From Dimorphilus gyrociliatus (lineage: Eukaryota; Animalia; Annelida), in NCBI GenBank assembly GCA_904063045.1, contig CAJFCJ010000001.1, positions 1,674,001 to 1,738,000 of the forward strand: a stretch of DNA of 64,000 nucleotides, read 5' to 3'. Shown piece after piece: positions 39,868 through 53,011 of this stretch. A program made the position numbers and the translations under genes. Within the stretch, counting starts at the first letter, position 1, and each line of letters opens with the position of its first letter. The notes below the pieces were generated by a model. That model was not told the DNA's origin and ran no database searches. It saw nothing but the letters and a program-made list of their open reading frames with translations.

Positions 39868-40950
39868 ATTTTCCCAATGTAAGGGTAGCACTAAAATTCA
39901 ACCGGATGTAAAAATATTCAACATTAGAACAGAGAAATAATGTCGATTTCAATAATTATAATTATTAAATATAAAGTATATGATTCTCTTAAATAAATTA
40001 AACTGTTTTCCACTCGCTCCCCAAAAATTTTTTTTTCAAATAGCTGAGTTTTGGCTGAAATCGAGTCATTGGGAAACTTCCTGTCTCCATAATTTATTTC
40101 AATATAAGATTTGAATGGTATTATTATAGTAGATAGTTAATGTATTTTATTTTTCCGTAAAAATATATAACATTATTAGTATTCGAAAATACGTATAAAC
40201 GAATGAATCACAATCATCATACCCGATCGGATTATAGTCTTCCCAATATGAATTTAATGTTTTTTTTTCAACGCGTTGAATATTCAATATTAAACAATAA
40301 GCATTTAAAAATCAAAACTTAAAAGTCATTGATTATTTCAGATCAAATCAAATGGAGGAGGTTTTTTTTGTTAGCTCAATATACAATTCTTTTTTATAAC
40401 CTTATGCCAAGCCTTCATTTAGAATATCCTATATTTCCTTTAACATCAATCACTAATTGAGCTATTTCTGTTTCTAGCGATCGAGTGAAAAAGTGTCTCT
40501 AATTTCATATTTGCTTTTATTTTATCAAAATTAATTAACCTGAATTGTATAAAGAACCTTAAAAAGAAAGAAATAGCGATCATATTCTTGTCTTAGGGTA
40601 CCCAAAATAGATTCTTCACGTCTCCTTCATTAGGGATCTATAGGTGCATCAACTTTCAGTAAATATACTGTTATAGTGTGCAGTTGATTGATTTATTTAA
40701 CTATCATATTTAATCTTCGGTTCACACTTTGGAGCCATAATTCTCTTGTAAATATACAAAATGTGTTTACCTACATTTTGAATAAGTCTTTATGCCATTG
40801 ATTTGTGTGTTATTCCTTTTATAAATCCCTCATATTTCACTTATTATTGATTTTTTATTTTATATTCACTGTTTTATACATATTTACAAAGATATTTTAA
40901 GTATATAATTTCATATATGTTTCTTCTTTTAATCTTTAACAGAATATGTG

Positions 40951-40978
<28 letters not shown>
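40951..40978. repeat. (CT)14 microsatellite
   Basis: Perfect dinucleotide run. Confidence 0.95.
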
Positions 40979-40982
<4 letters not shown>

Positions 40983-41165
40983 ATTTCTATTCTGTCTCTT
41001 TCGCTCGCGCTCTCAATTTTTTCTGACTGTTGCAAATAAACAGGCGAGAATTTTTTTATATTAACTAAAGTAATATTTGTCGCTATATATGAAATTATAT
41101 AAGAGAATTTGTAATTTTATGTTGATTTACAAGTCGAATAATTAAAGGTGTGTCTTAATTGGGCT

Positions 41166-42493
41166 CTAAATGGAAACATTAAGAAATTTTTTGATATTCT
41201 CTTTCCCATAAATCATTTTCTTCCTTTTTTTATCTTTTGTTGGATTTCTTCCAAATTTTGCGTGTTGAAAACTTACATAAAATTCTTGATCAAACATAGG
41301 AACACTAGTTTCCGGTCGTTTTTTATCTCCAGACGAGCTCTTTGGTTTTTGACCTGTATTTAGTTTATCAAAAGATGACATGCCTTGATTATTTACTGGT
41401 AAATCTATAATCTCCATCTCTGGAGTACTTTTCTTCGAAATCAACGGTAACTCCGTTTTGAGTTTCTCTTCCGTGCTATTTGAGTGTGATTTTCTTGTTT
41501 CAGAGGTGTTATTCCTATTTATGGCTGTTGATATTTTGTGAAACGTTCTAGAACGTTCTGTTATTGGGATAGAGTGGATATTATTACTAAAAAGCGAAGA
41601 AAGAGGTGATTTTGCCGTTGGGGTTGAAACAGTATGAGTTGCATGTGTAGATCGACTAGTCTTAAAGCCTCGGAAATCACTTTTTTCAGCTTTGAGAACA
41701 GAAGCTTCCTGGGGTAAAGTGAAAGTTTGATGACTAACTTCCACTACACTTTTGGATCTTAATGACTTATCTCTATCTTCTTGAGCCCTTTTAGGAAGGT
41801 AGTTTGATACAGATTTAAATTTGGCCTCAGTTTGTTGATCATTCGTTTGGCTTAGATTTACAATTTGCCAAACGGGTTTTCCGCTTTTGCGCATCTCTTC
41901 TTCTTTCTTTCTTTGATCCAAGTAGAATTTAGATCTCTTTGCTTTGTAAAGACAAAGAACAGATACTTCTTTTTGTTTAATTGGTTCTGGAATAGTAGGC
42001 TTTTCAATATCGATTGAAGAGAAATGAGATTTATTTTCGTCGTCAGAATTGAGAGAAGCCACTTGATCTTCTGTTATCTGAACAGCTTCACATCTTGAAA
42101 GGGTTCGACAGCGCTCCCCTTGCGATTTCTTGCCTCTTCTTGCTTTTAGTAAACCATTAACTGGCCTCTTAGGTAGATACATAGCCCAATATTTCATCAT
42201 TTTAGCAGAATCTGTCATATCCGAAGTAACCCTATTTAGGCCATCACAAAAAGTAGTAACATTTAGATTAGGATGTCTCTTATCGGAAGAATTAAATTGT
42301 TTCCAAGGTTTGAAGAGTTCTTTAGGCTGAGCAATCATATTCTTTAAGCCGCCAGAATTCAGATGATAATAGAATTCACCGTCATTTGATTGAATATAAA
42401 TTGGATCATATGTTTGTGCAGTCATGCTTTCAGGTTCGTTCGTGATTTTTTTAAAGAGTATTCTGTGAAAGTCAATTTGTTCGCTTGTTTTTT
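41166..42493 (-). CDS. Orphan basic, low-complexity protein (at least 419 aa); frame stays open upstream to an acceptor at 42494
   Basis: 419-aa ORF from the ATG at 42425, extended in frame to CGCAG; no recognisable domain. Confidence 0.7.
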
Positions 42494-44196
42494 CTGCGTA
42501 AACAAAAAGCCAACAGTAATTTACAAGTTAGATAACGACAATATCAAATAAATTATAGGCTTGTATCGATAATTAATAGGAAAATATTTCATATAATAAG
42601 GCTTCATAATAGAAAAATTAATTTGCAAACACGCAATTACTAACCGCAATAAGTGACAAATACAAAAGATAGATACAAAGTTTCCCTATATTTTTCACAT
42701 ATAAAATCAATTTCGTAACCAATTCATAGGAAAACCTATACAAACCTCTACAAATTACAACAAGTTAATCTCTTATATATTAAAGAAATACAGGGGAAGA
42801 TCAAAGTTCTCTTTGGGGAATTTATTTTCGCAAATTCACTCAAATTGAAAAACTTAATTAAAAATGATTAAACTTATCGTATTAACCTATTCGAACGAGA
42901 AATTATATAAGAACTATTAAAATTCTACTGTCCTTTTGTACAGGATTGTAAATATATTTATATAAAGTGTTAAAAATATTGGAAAATATCTTAAGAACAT
43001 TAAAATGGAATAGAAGAAAATTCGTCAATTCAACATATAATTCAGATGATAAACAAATTTCTATCACGTTTTTTTTTATGATTGAATATTCAATTCTTTA
43101 AATTTCTTTTAAAAATACCTGATTGCCCCAAATTACCACTTCCGATCTAATCCTTTCCTGTAATTGCTTAACTAACAATAAAATATCTTGAGAGAGAGTT
43201 ACAACGTAAGAAACTTAAAAAAAAAGAAAGACTAGGCTTAACTGATATTAATAAAAAAAGAGGAAGGAGTATTATTAACTTACCACGAACTAATAAAATC
43301 AGTATATCTTTTCTATAAAGCACGTTTATCACACATTATAAAATATTCTATCTATAGATATTTCTTTTTGAGCTCTTTTCTCGTTGTTTTAGTTATTATA
43401 TAACAATAAAAAAAAGGGAAATTAAGGTCCGGTCTTGTTCGAGCCGGGAGTGAGATTTCTCAAAATTGATTCAATCCAACTTTTTTATTGGTCGAGATAA
43501 AAGGTGAGAAGAAATCAATGCCTATTCTCTATACGTCCAACTCTCCCGCTCTCTTCTCAAAAGTTCTGTAGAGAGCCTATTCACTTATTATTCAATAAAC
43601 GAATCGAGCAAAACAGTTGCGGGAAAGGTCTACTTTTTTTCTAATATGAAATTCAACTCTTCATTTACTAATTCAAATGGTGATTAGTTATAGAAAGTGC
43701 GAAATATGTATTTAGTTGCTATAATTTCTAGGTCAATCCCAGTACAGATAAGCCACTTATATTCAAATATTCCCGTGCCCCTTAAAGCTTTTGTTAAGAA
43801 AAATAATCACTTAAATTGTAGACTTTATAAAGTCGATATTTATATTAATCGTTTGTAAATTATACTAGATATTTAAATAATTAACAACGAACGTCAACAC
43901 TATTACGATTTAGCGTTTTCCTATAATAAATTAGGAGTAACTCCTTTCAAATAGAACTTTGATTGCTACTTTTTGTTGAAGGAAGAGAGTGCCGGATAGA
44001 AAAAATTACTTAATTCAACTACGACACTAGAAACTTTTAGATCATTCTTTTAAAGTTTTATTCACTTTAAAGTATTTCCTTTCAAACATACATCAAAATT
44101 GGAAGGGTCAATATTACTTTCCATAAAATCTTCTAACCAAAAGCCAAAGTTTTATTGATTAAACTATTCAGTGGTTCTTTCCCGATCGATTTCGTC

Positions 44197-44937
<741 letters not shown>

Positions 44938-45378
44938 TCTGAAAGTTAGTTAGAAATTAGTTAAAATATTCCGCCGTAGTAAAAAACGTTTAATGATGTA
45001 AATACTTTTCTAAGTTAAGATGCTATGCAATTATGGTACCTAAGAACATTACGATTAAATGTGTTTTAATTATAAAAATATTTATATTAACAAATAGCTA
45101 AGAATTAATAACTTTATATTGCTGTAATTCTCCTTTAAAATCACTTTGTTAATATTCCTCGAAAATGCGAACTCAACGGATTCTAATGATGCAGTAGTGA
45201 CATCTGCAACTTTTTTTTCTTTTGTATTGAAATCTCCATTTATATATTTATGATATTAAACAGTCACGACGTAATAGGCCTCGAGTTGAAATAGGAATCA
45301 TTGTCAACAACCGAAAAGAAGATATTCTACCAGAGAAGAGGATAATGTACACCAGGATATAACTGAATCGTCCAAAAT

Positions 45379-46305
45379 ATGATAAAGTGCCATAGAAACC
45401 CTTGTACTAAGACAATATTCTTCGTCAATCTTCTACTTTTAGTGTTCATAGGAGCCTCATTTTTCAGTTTTAATGCCTTAAAAGGTGATTTAGATAGTCT
45501 AAGTCAGAATAATTCAACAAGAAGCGAAAGAGATAAAGGAAGAACCGCTATAGGAGTACTCGCTCTCGCATCTGTTTTAACGATAGTTTTTCTCATTTGG
45601 ATGGTTTGTTTAGTATTGGCTGGGTGTGTTCCTACTGGAACTCTATCCAGATCACGAGCCAGCTCTATAAGTAATGTCTCAAACGCTACAACTCACACAA
45701 AGGGAACACCGCGAGGTAGTAAAAGACGTTTCTCAAAGAGAAGAGGTAGTAATCAGTCGGAAAGACGATACTACACACTACCGAAGAGTTTTGTGTCAAA
45801 ATATAGGGAAGAAGAAGAGAATGTAGAAGAAATTAGTGAAACATCAATTGGAAGGACTAAACGAATGGATTTTAGAATCATGTAATAAAAATTTTCCATA
45901 CAGGAAGAATATTAAATCTGTTCATTTGCTATTTATACAAAAGGGTATTTTATTGAATACTGGACAGATTAAACAGAATATAATATTCTTCTATTTTTTT
46001 ATTAATGAACAAGATCACAATATAATTTATCAAATAAACTCTTTTTTAGACAACAAGAGGATACTGACCTAATAAATATGGCAGGGACAGCAGCAAAAGA
46101 AAATAGAAAATCAAAATCTTCAGTAAAAAATGAAAAATTTTCAACAATTAGTGAAACTCGGAAAAAGTCGCTCAAAAAACATGTTCAAAAAAGTGTCTCA
46201 TCGCCCAATCAACCAATATTTACACCTCTGTATAAAAAAAATCATAGCTTGACAGAAACAACATATAATCCTTATGGAAAATATATACAGAGAGATTGCT
46301 CATAA
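45379..46305 (+). CDS. Orphan two-TM protein with a basic tail (about 252 aa); exons 45379-45881 and 46050-46305
   Basis: Two hydrophobic helices flanking an NNST sequon. A phase-2 splice AT|GTAATA...TAG|A joins the two ORFs in frame. Confidence 0.65.
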
Positions 46306-47284
46306 CCATTTCTCAGCCAGATATATACATATACATTATGCATTTATAGTGTCAACAACAAACTAAAGATCTTCTTAAACAATAAATAATTGTTACTTTT
46401 TTTATGCAGACGGGAACACCAAAATACTCAATAAAAACAGGTAAAAAAGAATTTTCGTATTAAAATTACCATTTTAATTGTTGAAAATAAATTGGTAGTC
46501 TTTTTTTTTTACTTTGTTGATTTCTTTATTAATATTTTGCCAAAATTAAATACAATACTTGATTTGTTGCCGAATAAAGTATGAGGAGTTTGGAGAAAGA
46601 TTCTTATTTGGATGACATTCTTCTCCTTTATTTTATAAACAACTATTTCAAAGTTAAAATGTATTATATGCTTTGTATGTGTAAATATCTAGAAGTAATT
46701 CAATTTAAGTATAAAAAGATCAAAGACATATAGAATTTTAAGTGACGTATCTTATTTATACCTTAAATAAAGTCTTAGTTTAAAGCTATTTTAAGCAATT
46801 CTAGATTTTTTTAGATGATGACGTTGCTCTATTGTCAATTTTTACCTCACTGTAAACTGCACTGTAATTTTATGACGCATGCGCACTCGGTCTTATCGTC
46901 TGCTAAAGTCTTCACGACCGACAGGAATTTTTACTTGTTTTTTCATTTAATAGACAGAAAATCATCCAGAACAAAAACTTTATAAATTAAAGTTCTCCTC
47001 ATATTATGCTGTCGCTGAGTGTCGCCGTAAGTACCTGTCAAATCTTTAAATATTAAAATATATATTCTATTTTCCGTTGAGTGGCGAACACGATGGCCGC
47101 TGCCTCGTTTTCGTTCGAATTCTTAGAATTTCACCTGCTTTCGCAGACATCTCAATTCTAACTAGAAGCCATGTTATTCTCGGAATTCGAATAGTTCTTA
47201 ATCAAAACGAGAATAGAAACAATCTGTATAGTTGGCTTTTTACGCGTCCAGCAGATCGGATCTCGGATTGTTAGGAGATCGTTA

Positions 47285-49466
47285 ATGAACGGACAGCAGA
47301 CTTTGAGAAAGATGGTGAGTTGGCCCCTTATTTCGATTTGTAATTTTGCAAATCGAAACCATCCTCGCTTTATTTTGGAATTTGTCAATAATTGCACATA
47401 CCAACAAACAAAAGGAAGATGTATAAATAGATTCAATTAGCATGTCTCTTAAGTAAACAGCATATAATCATTGCTTATTAAATGAGAAGTATTAAACTAA
47501 GGCTATAAACGAGGCTGAGGTGCTTTTAAAATCTAATGATGACACTTTTTCACGTAACGCTTGTAAACAAAACATTCTGTTAACTGACCCGGACGTTACT
47601 AAAAATAGCAATCATCAACAATAAAGTATTGTCCGAAAACGAGGGCATGCAATAAGGATTGTATTAACATTAAAGTTCTTTATATTATTTTTTTTTCAGC
47701 CATCGATTAACAGCCCGGAATCAGACACTGTTGAGGAAGGAGAATCGATGACGGTGTCAGGGCTAGCGAATGCATCAGTTAAGCCTACGGATAGTTCACC
47801 TCCTGTGAAGTGTGCACGCCTGTCGCAAAATGGTTCCACTTCAACCGAAGAATCCAAAGAATCAATGTGGCAAAAAACCGGTTTTGTCAATGGAAAATAT
47901 CTGAATCCACCGACGACATTGGCTAGACGAAATTTTGCAACAGTAGAACGTAATTGTTTACCTTCTGAAAAATATTTGGAGGCTAAAAAGAAACTAGATG
48001 CTATTATTTCATCTTCTGACTCTAGCAGCGTAACTACCGAGACTAAGGCTCGGTCGCTATGTGAAATTTATAGCAATTTAGAACTAGAAGAGAAGGCATT
48101 ATTTCTAAATACACTATCCACCGAATATGGTCTTAATCAAGATCAAGTTATCCATGCCGCCCAAGCGGTCTTAGCTTTAAGAGAAAAAGGTAGTGGTACA
48201 CTATTAAGAGCTGAAGAAAAATTAAGGTTAACTTTACAACCGCGATATCAGCATATTTTCGCCGTGGTTGGACGTCTGGAAAAAGGTGTTAAATTCCTGG
48301 TGGATATCAGAGCAGATCTCATGGATTTGATCCAGGCTCGTTCAGCTAGTTCAACTGACAGCGAAGATCAAACACACCTAAGAGTAATGAGTAATAACAT
48401 ACGTGAGTTACTCTCCTTATGGTTCTCAGTCGGTTTTCTTGATTTGGAGAGAATCACTTGGCAATCACCATGTGACATGTTGCAAAAAATATCCGAATAT
48501 GAAGCCGTCCACCCAATACGCAATTGGACAGACTTAAAAAGACGAGTTGGAAACTACAGACGCTGTTTTGTCTTTACACATGCTAGTATGCCTCGTGAGC
48601 CCGTCGTTGTCTTACACACTGCACTTACGTCTGAAATATCCTCCTCAATCCAATCAATTGTTCAGAGAAATGCTCGATTGAGTGGTGAACCAGAGCCGGT
48701 AGAGCTTAGCGAAAATACCCATTCCATTTCAACAGCTATTTTTTATTCTATCACCTCAACCCAAAAGGGGTTACAAGGTGTTGAACTTGGAAATTATTTG
48801 ATAAAAAAAGTAGTCAGGGAATTGCAAGCCGAATTTCCAAATATGAAAAATTTTTCAAGTTTATCTCCTATACCAGGTTTCAGGGATTGGTTGTTATCAG
48901 AAATTGATTCCTTTTCTAAAACTAAACAAAAGCCTGTGCTTCTTAAAAGGGAAGAGAATAAACTAAGTTCCCTTGATTCTAAAACAGAGCCAATTGTCAC
49001 ACTAAAGCATTCAATTCTTCAAATGTCAGACTCTGCAACTTGGTTCCAGAATTCACCAAATGTTGATGTAATAAGTGGTATTTTAATGAGATTGTGTGCA
49101 CGTTACTTGTATATTGAAAAGCGAAGAGGCCTTGCCCTGAACCCAGTTGGTCAGTAGTTTTATTACCTAGAGATTAAGTACTACAGAAATATTTAACATG
49201 TCATCTTTAAAATATCCTCTTTTTTATTCTAAACAGCAAACTTTCATCTGAGGAATGGAGCAGTTATGTGGCGAATTAATTGGGGAGCAGACCTTTCTGT
49301 TCGTGGAATAAAATCTTCTTGTTCACTGATGGTGAATTATCGTTACTTTTTAGAAGATACCGAAACGAATAGTAATAAATACATGGAAAGACATGAAATC
49401 GTTGCCTCTCCTATGGTCAAAGAATTGTTGCAATTAAACGAACTGAAGCAAGAACCAATTAGTTGA
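47285..49466 (+). CDS. MLYCD: Malonyl-CoA decarboxylase; exons 47285-47314, 47700-about 49149, 49237-49466 (may start further upstream)
   Basis: [72 protein letters not shown]|ANFHLRNGA. Confidence 0.95.
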
Positions 49467-49721
49467 CAATGATCATGCGTTTACCCTTCCCTACCTATCC
49501 ATATCATCGATTAAAGCATAATTTTCTACTAATTTTTGTCGAATAAAGTACTTCGATATAGAGAGCTTGTACAATAAAGGCGTTTAGTTGTTTATATTAA
49601 AGCAAACTATTTCTTTGTTCGATTTCTTTACCGAAAAGAAATTGAACTTGTTCAGTAATCCGCCCGATTCAAGCTATTCAAAAGTATTGATTCGTTTACG
49701 ACATATAAATCTGCGAAATTA

Positions 49722-50770
49722 ATGGGTTCGTCCGCTAGTAAAAACGTCAAACGGAAGAGAAAGGCACCCATTGTGTCTTTCAGAGTCAATATGAACGGGG
49801 GAAATCGATCTTACAGAATAAGTCGGATGTCGTATGTATAAAAAAGCCTTTAACTTAAGGTATTTTTAGGAAAAGATTGTCGACAGGTTAGGAACGCAAA
49901 CCATTTTGGCGGCTAGGGAGAAGACATCGTATTTTTCATCAACAGCCGAAGAGTCTAAACCTCTTGAACTATATATTTTAAAAAGTGACTCAAACTCTAG
50001 GATAGTCTGGCTTTATGTGGTAGCAAATAAAATTCCTTTTGAGCTGTATAATTTCGATAGAAAGATATCTGATTTACGATGTATGGAAAGCTTTAACCCC
50101 ACACTTACACTCCCCTGTATTGTTGATGGATCAAAGATTATATTCGGAACGGAAGCTATACTTAATTATCTTGCTGAGAAGTACGCTTCCTTTCGTTTAC
50201 TTGGAGATGGGGACCCCGATATTAAAGCTGAGTGCAATGGATTTATCAGTTTAGCAGTGTCTGTAATATATAGGTTGGTTATTTATTTTACTTATATATA
50301 CTGTATGTACATATATATTGTGTTTTCGTTAATTATCTATGAAGAATTGTCCAAAAGGAATATGTTGAACCTCAGTTAGACGACAAGTGCGACATATATC
50401 TTCGTAAGCATCTTACAAACAGAGCCAAAATAGAGGTGGAACATAGGCTCAATCAATTAGAAAAGCTTCTTCGAGCTAATAATTTCCTAATGGGTAATAA
50501 AGGTTTGTAGAAAAAAATTCTTCTTTTCTTAACAAAATAAATGAAGAGACGTTGTATACTTTTTTTGTTGTAGCTACATACGCTGATTCAGCGGTTGTAA
50601 TGTCATTAACACCATTAGATTTGGTTAGCTGGGATTGGAGAAAATGGCGTAAAATTAGAAAGTGGATGAAAAAAGTTATCAGATTAAAAAGAGAATGCTG
50701 GGAAGAAGTTTGCGAATTACATAACATGCGTGTATTACAAACTGGTAGCAGACGTATATCTGTGTATTAA
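49722..50770 (+). CDS. Glutathione S-transferase (theta-like fold) with a predicted myristoylated, basic N-terminal extension
   Basis: LELYI...RIVWL...IPFE...NPTLTLPCIVDG..IFGTEAILNYLAEKY; FLMGNK|ATYAD; stop TAA at 50768-50770. The 5' exon model (MGSSASK) is less certain. Confidence 0.75.
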
Positions 50771-51732
50771 GAACGTAGCGCATTTATCATATCTAATAAA
50801 ATTTGTTTAGCCTCAGAGTCACGGACATTACCTAAATTATCCTCTGCTAAATCGCAGTACCTTTTAGAAAGTTCTTGTACCTCGAAATGTATCTTTTCAT
50901 CACGTACTATACTTAGTAACGAATATTCTAAATGATCACTTTCACTATTTTCTTTACATCTTATCCTATTTAGCTCATAGGCTAAACCAAAATTCCTTCC
51001 GAATTCGTATAAGTTTCTATTAACGATTCCTTCAACATTGTTCCAAGCACAGGTCGCTCTACAGCTATTGGCGAATAATGATGCAGTTTTCATGAAAACC
51101 ATTTCTTCCCATTTTGCGAGCGAAAAACTACTATCAGAGATTGTTGATTCTTTCAGAAACGTATAATTAGACATATGCGACAAAGCCGTAGCTATTAAAT
51201 CAACAACTTCCGGTTTACATAGTTCAGCCAACTCCAGACACGCGGATGCCAAAAGAAAATCTCCAATTAGGATGCTCATCTTGTTATCTTTGAAAATACT
51301 ATTATTTTTTACGCTATTATGAAGTCTGATAGCCGAGTGTATGATCTCAGTAATTTCTGCCAATCTCAGGTGTTTCTCTCTAACGATTTGAATATCATCA
51401 GTGACGAACTCTTCCATTATTTTAGATATTAAAGCGACTGTAGTTCCTAAAAGTCGAATATCAGAATCACTTTTAACAAGATGATCCTGAATAATATTGA
51501 ATATTGATTCTTTCGGTTCTACCAAGCATATGAAATCTTTTGCCAGTTTCTTGTGAAGTGTTAATGGGAGATCTCCGACAAGATCTGTCGCTCTCAATAA
51601 GTATGGTGTGAGTTTGTGATCCTCATCTGATTGGAGCCTTGCTATTGAAGAACTAAAAGTTCTGACCACTGCATTAAAGCGATATGTACTTTTTTGAAAC
51701 CACGTAGCTTTAGAAGTTAGAACACGAAACAT
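50767..51732 (-). CDS. PDSS2: Decaprenyl-diphosphate synthase subunit 2, intronless
   Basis: Presequence-like start MFRVLTSK; LAEITEIIHSAIRLH (no DDxxD, as expected for PDSS2); NKMSILIGDFLLASA; SEAKQILLDM. Confidence 0.88.
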   Translation of the reverse strand: MFRVLTSKATWFQKSTYRFNAVVRTFSSSIARLQSDEDHKLTPYLLRATDLVGDLPLTLHKKLAKDFICLVEPKESIFNIIQDHLVKSDSDIRLLGTTVALISKIMEEFVTDDIQIVREKHLRLAEITEIIHSAIRLHNSVKNNSIFKDNKMSILIGDFLLASACLELAELCKPEVVDLIATALSHMSNYTFLKESTISDSSFSLAKWEEMVFMKTASLFANSCRATCAWNNVEGIVNRNLYEFGRNFGLAYELNRIRCKENSESDHLEYSLLSIVRDEKIHFEVQELSKRYCDLAEDNLGNVRDSEAKQILLDMINALRS

Positions 51733-51948
51733 TGCAAAATTGACCCAGCCTTGACATTCATGCCCGACGAAATAGGAACGCACTGAAGTTAAGATGTACA
51801 CTTGTATATGAAATTTTATAGTGTAGAAATCTGTTTTGCTTTTTTTTCAAGATTTCAGACCTTTATAGCAGATCTATAGGTAATGAAATTATTTAAGATA
51901 TTACATTGTCAGTATAATGTTGCCATCTGTAGGATTGGGAAAAATACA

Positions 51949-52728
51949 ATGGAACCAGCTTTAATCGTGTTCATTCTTATCTTTGCGTTTTCATGTTTAT
52001 CGAAGTGTTTGAACACCTTATCTTCTTTCGTGAGTTATTTAGATGCTGCTCAATATTCAAATTTACATTCTCTCTCAAAGAGAAAATGTTCTTACCATTA
52101 ATAAATATTTGCAGATAAACGGCATGCTCATTAGGAGTTCGCCGGAAGAGCTTGAACTGAGGCAGGACGTTAAATGTATGATAGAAAAGTTAGGAACAAT
52201 AAGGGCTCGAGATAACTTCGCAGAATACGCTAAATTAGAGAGGAAAATAATTAAATGCAAAGAAAAAATAAAAACATTCGGTATAATCAATATTGGAACA
52301 AAAATTCGTGACTAACACGCTTTATTTACAGCTAATTCGAAAGCAAGCAAACTAACTAGAAATGGTTTGACAATTCGAGTTTTATTTTATATTACTAAGG
52401 TTAATTTTAAAGTTCTAATTAAAAATTATTTAATAATGATTTATCTACAGGCAATCACGCATGCTATACTTTTCTTTTATTACTGGAATACTCCAATTAT
52501 AAAACTTAACCCGCAATGGCTATATCCATTTAATAAGATAATATCTTTTCCAACTGGCGTTGAAGGTATAAAATATTTTAATAGTATTACAAAAAGATTT
52601 GTATTAACTTCTTAACCAATTTTCACATCTTAACACAAAATTTAGGAGCAATTGGAATAAAAATTTGGATGATAAGCAGCTACATGATAACTGAAGAACT
52701 TTTTTCATTAAAAAATGCAGTTCTGTAA
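51949..52728 (+). CDS. GET1: GET1/WRB tail-anchored protein insertase; 5 exons
   Basis: N-terminal TM; coiled coil ending DNFAEYAKLERKI; YWNTPIIKLNPQWLYPF; PTGVEG|AIGIKIW. Confidence 0.9.
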
Positions 52729-53011
52729 TTATATGAACACATAGAAAAAAAAGAAAATAAACAAATTTCATATAAAAAGCCTTCTCACTAGGAATAAATG
52801 TTTCTTCTTCAAAATTTTGAACATCGTTGCAGAAATAGATTATAATGCATTTTCTCAAACTAGGTTATGGAACACAAAAGGAATTTTAAGGGGAGTTAAC
52901 AACGAACGCAATAAATGCAGACTGGAACACTAACCGACTGATGGCAAGCTCTCCGATAGCACTAAATACAATTTTAACAAAAAAAAAATTAGAACTAATA
53001 ATGAAAGTCTT

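Noticed and set aside
40420-40455. ATATCCT followed by TTCCTTTAAC...AC as a U12 intron
   Set aside because: Only about 30 nt apart and not in any gene model.
43425-43455. GTTCGAGCC B-box-like motif (tRNA or SINE)
   Set aside because: No A-box, cloverleaf or second copy in the window.
51883-51948. In-frame upstream ATG for GET1
   Set aside because: Lies in a likely 5' UTR intron (GTAATG about 51880 to CTGTAG about 51932).
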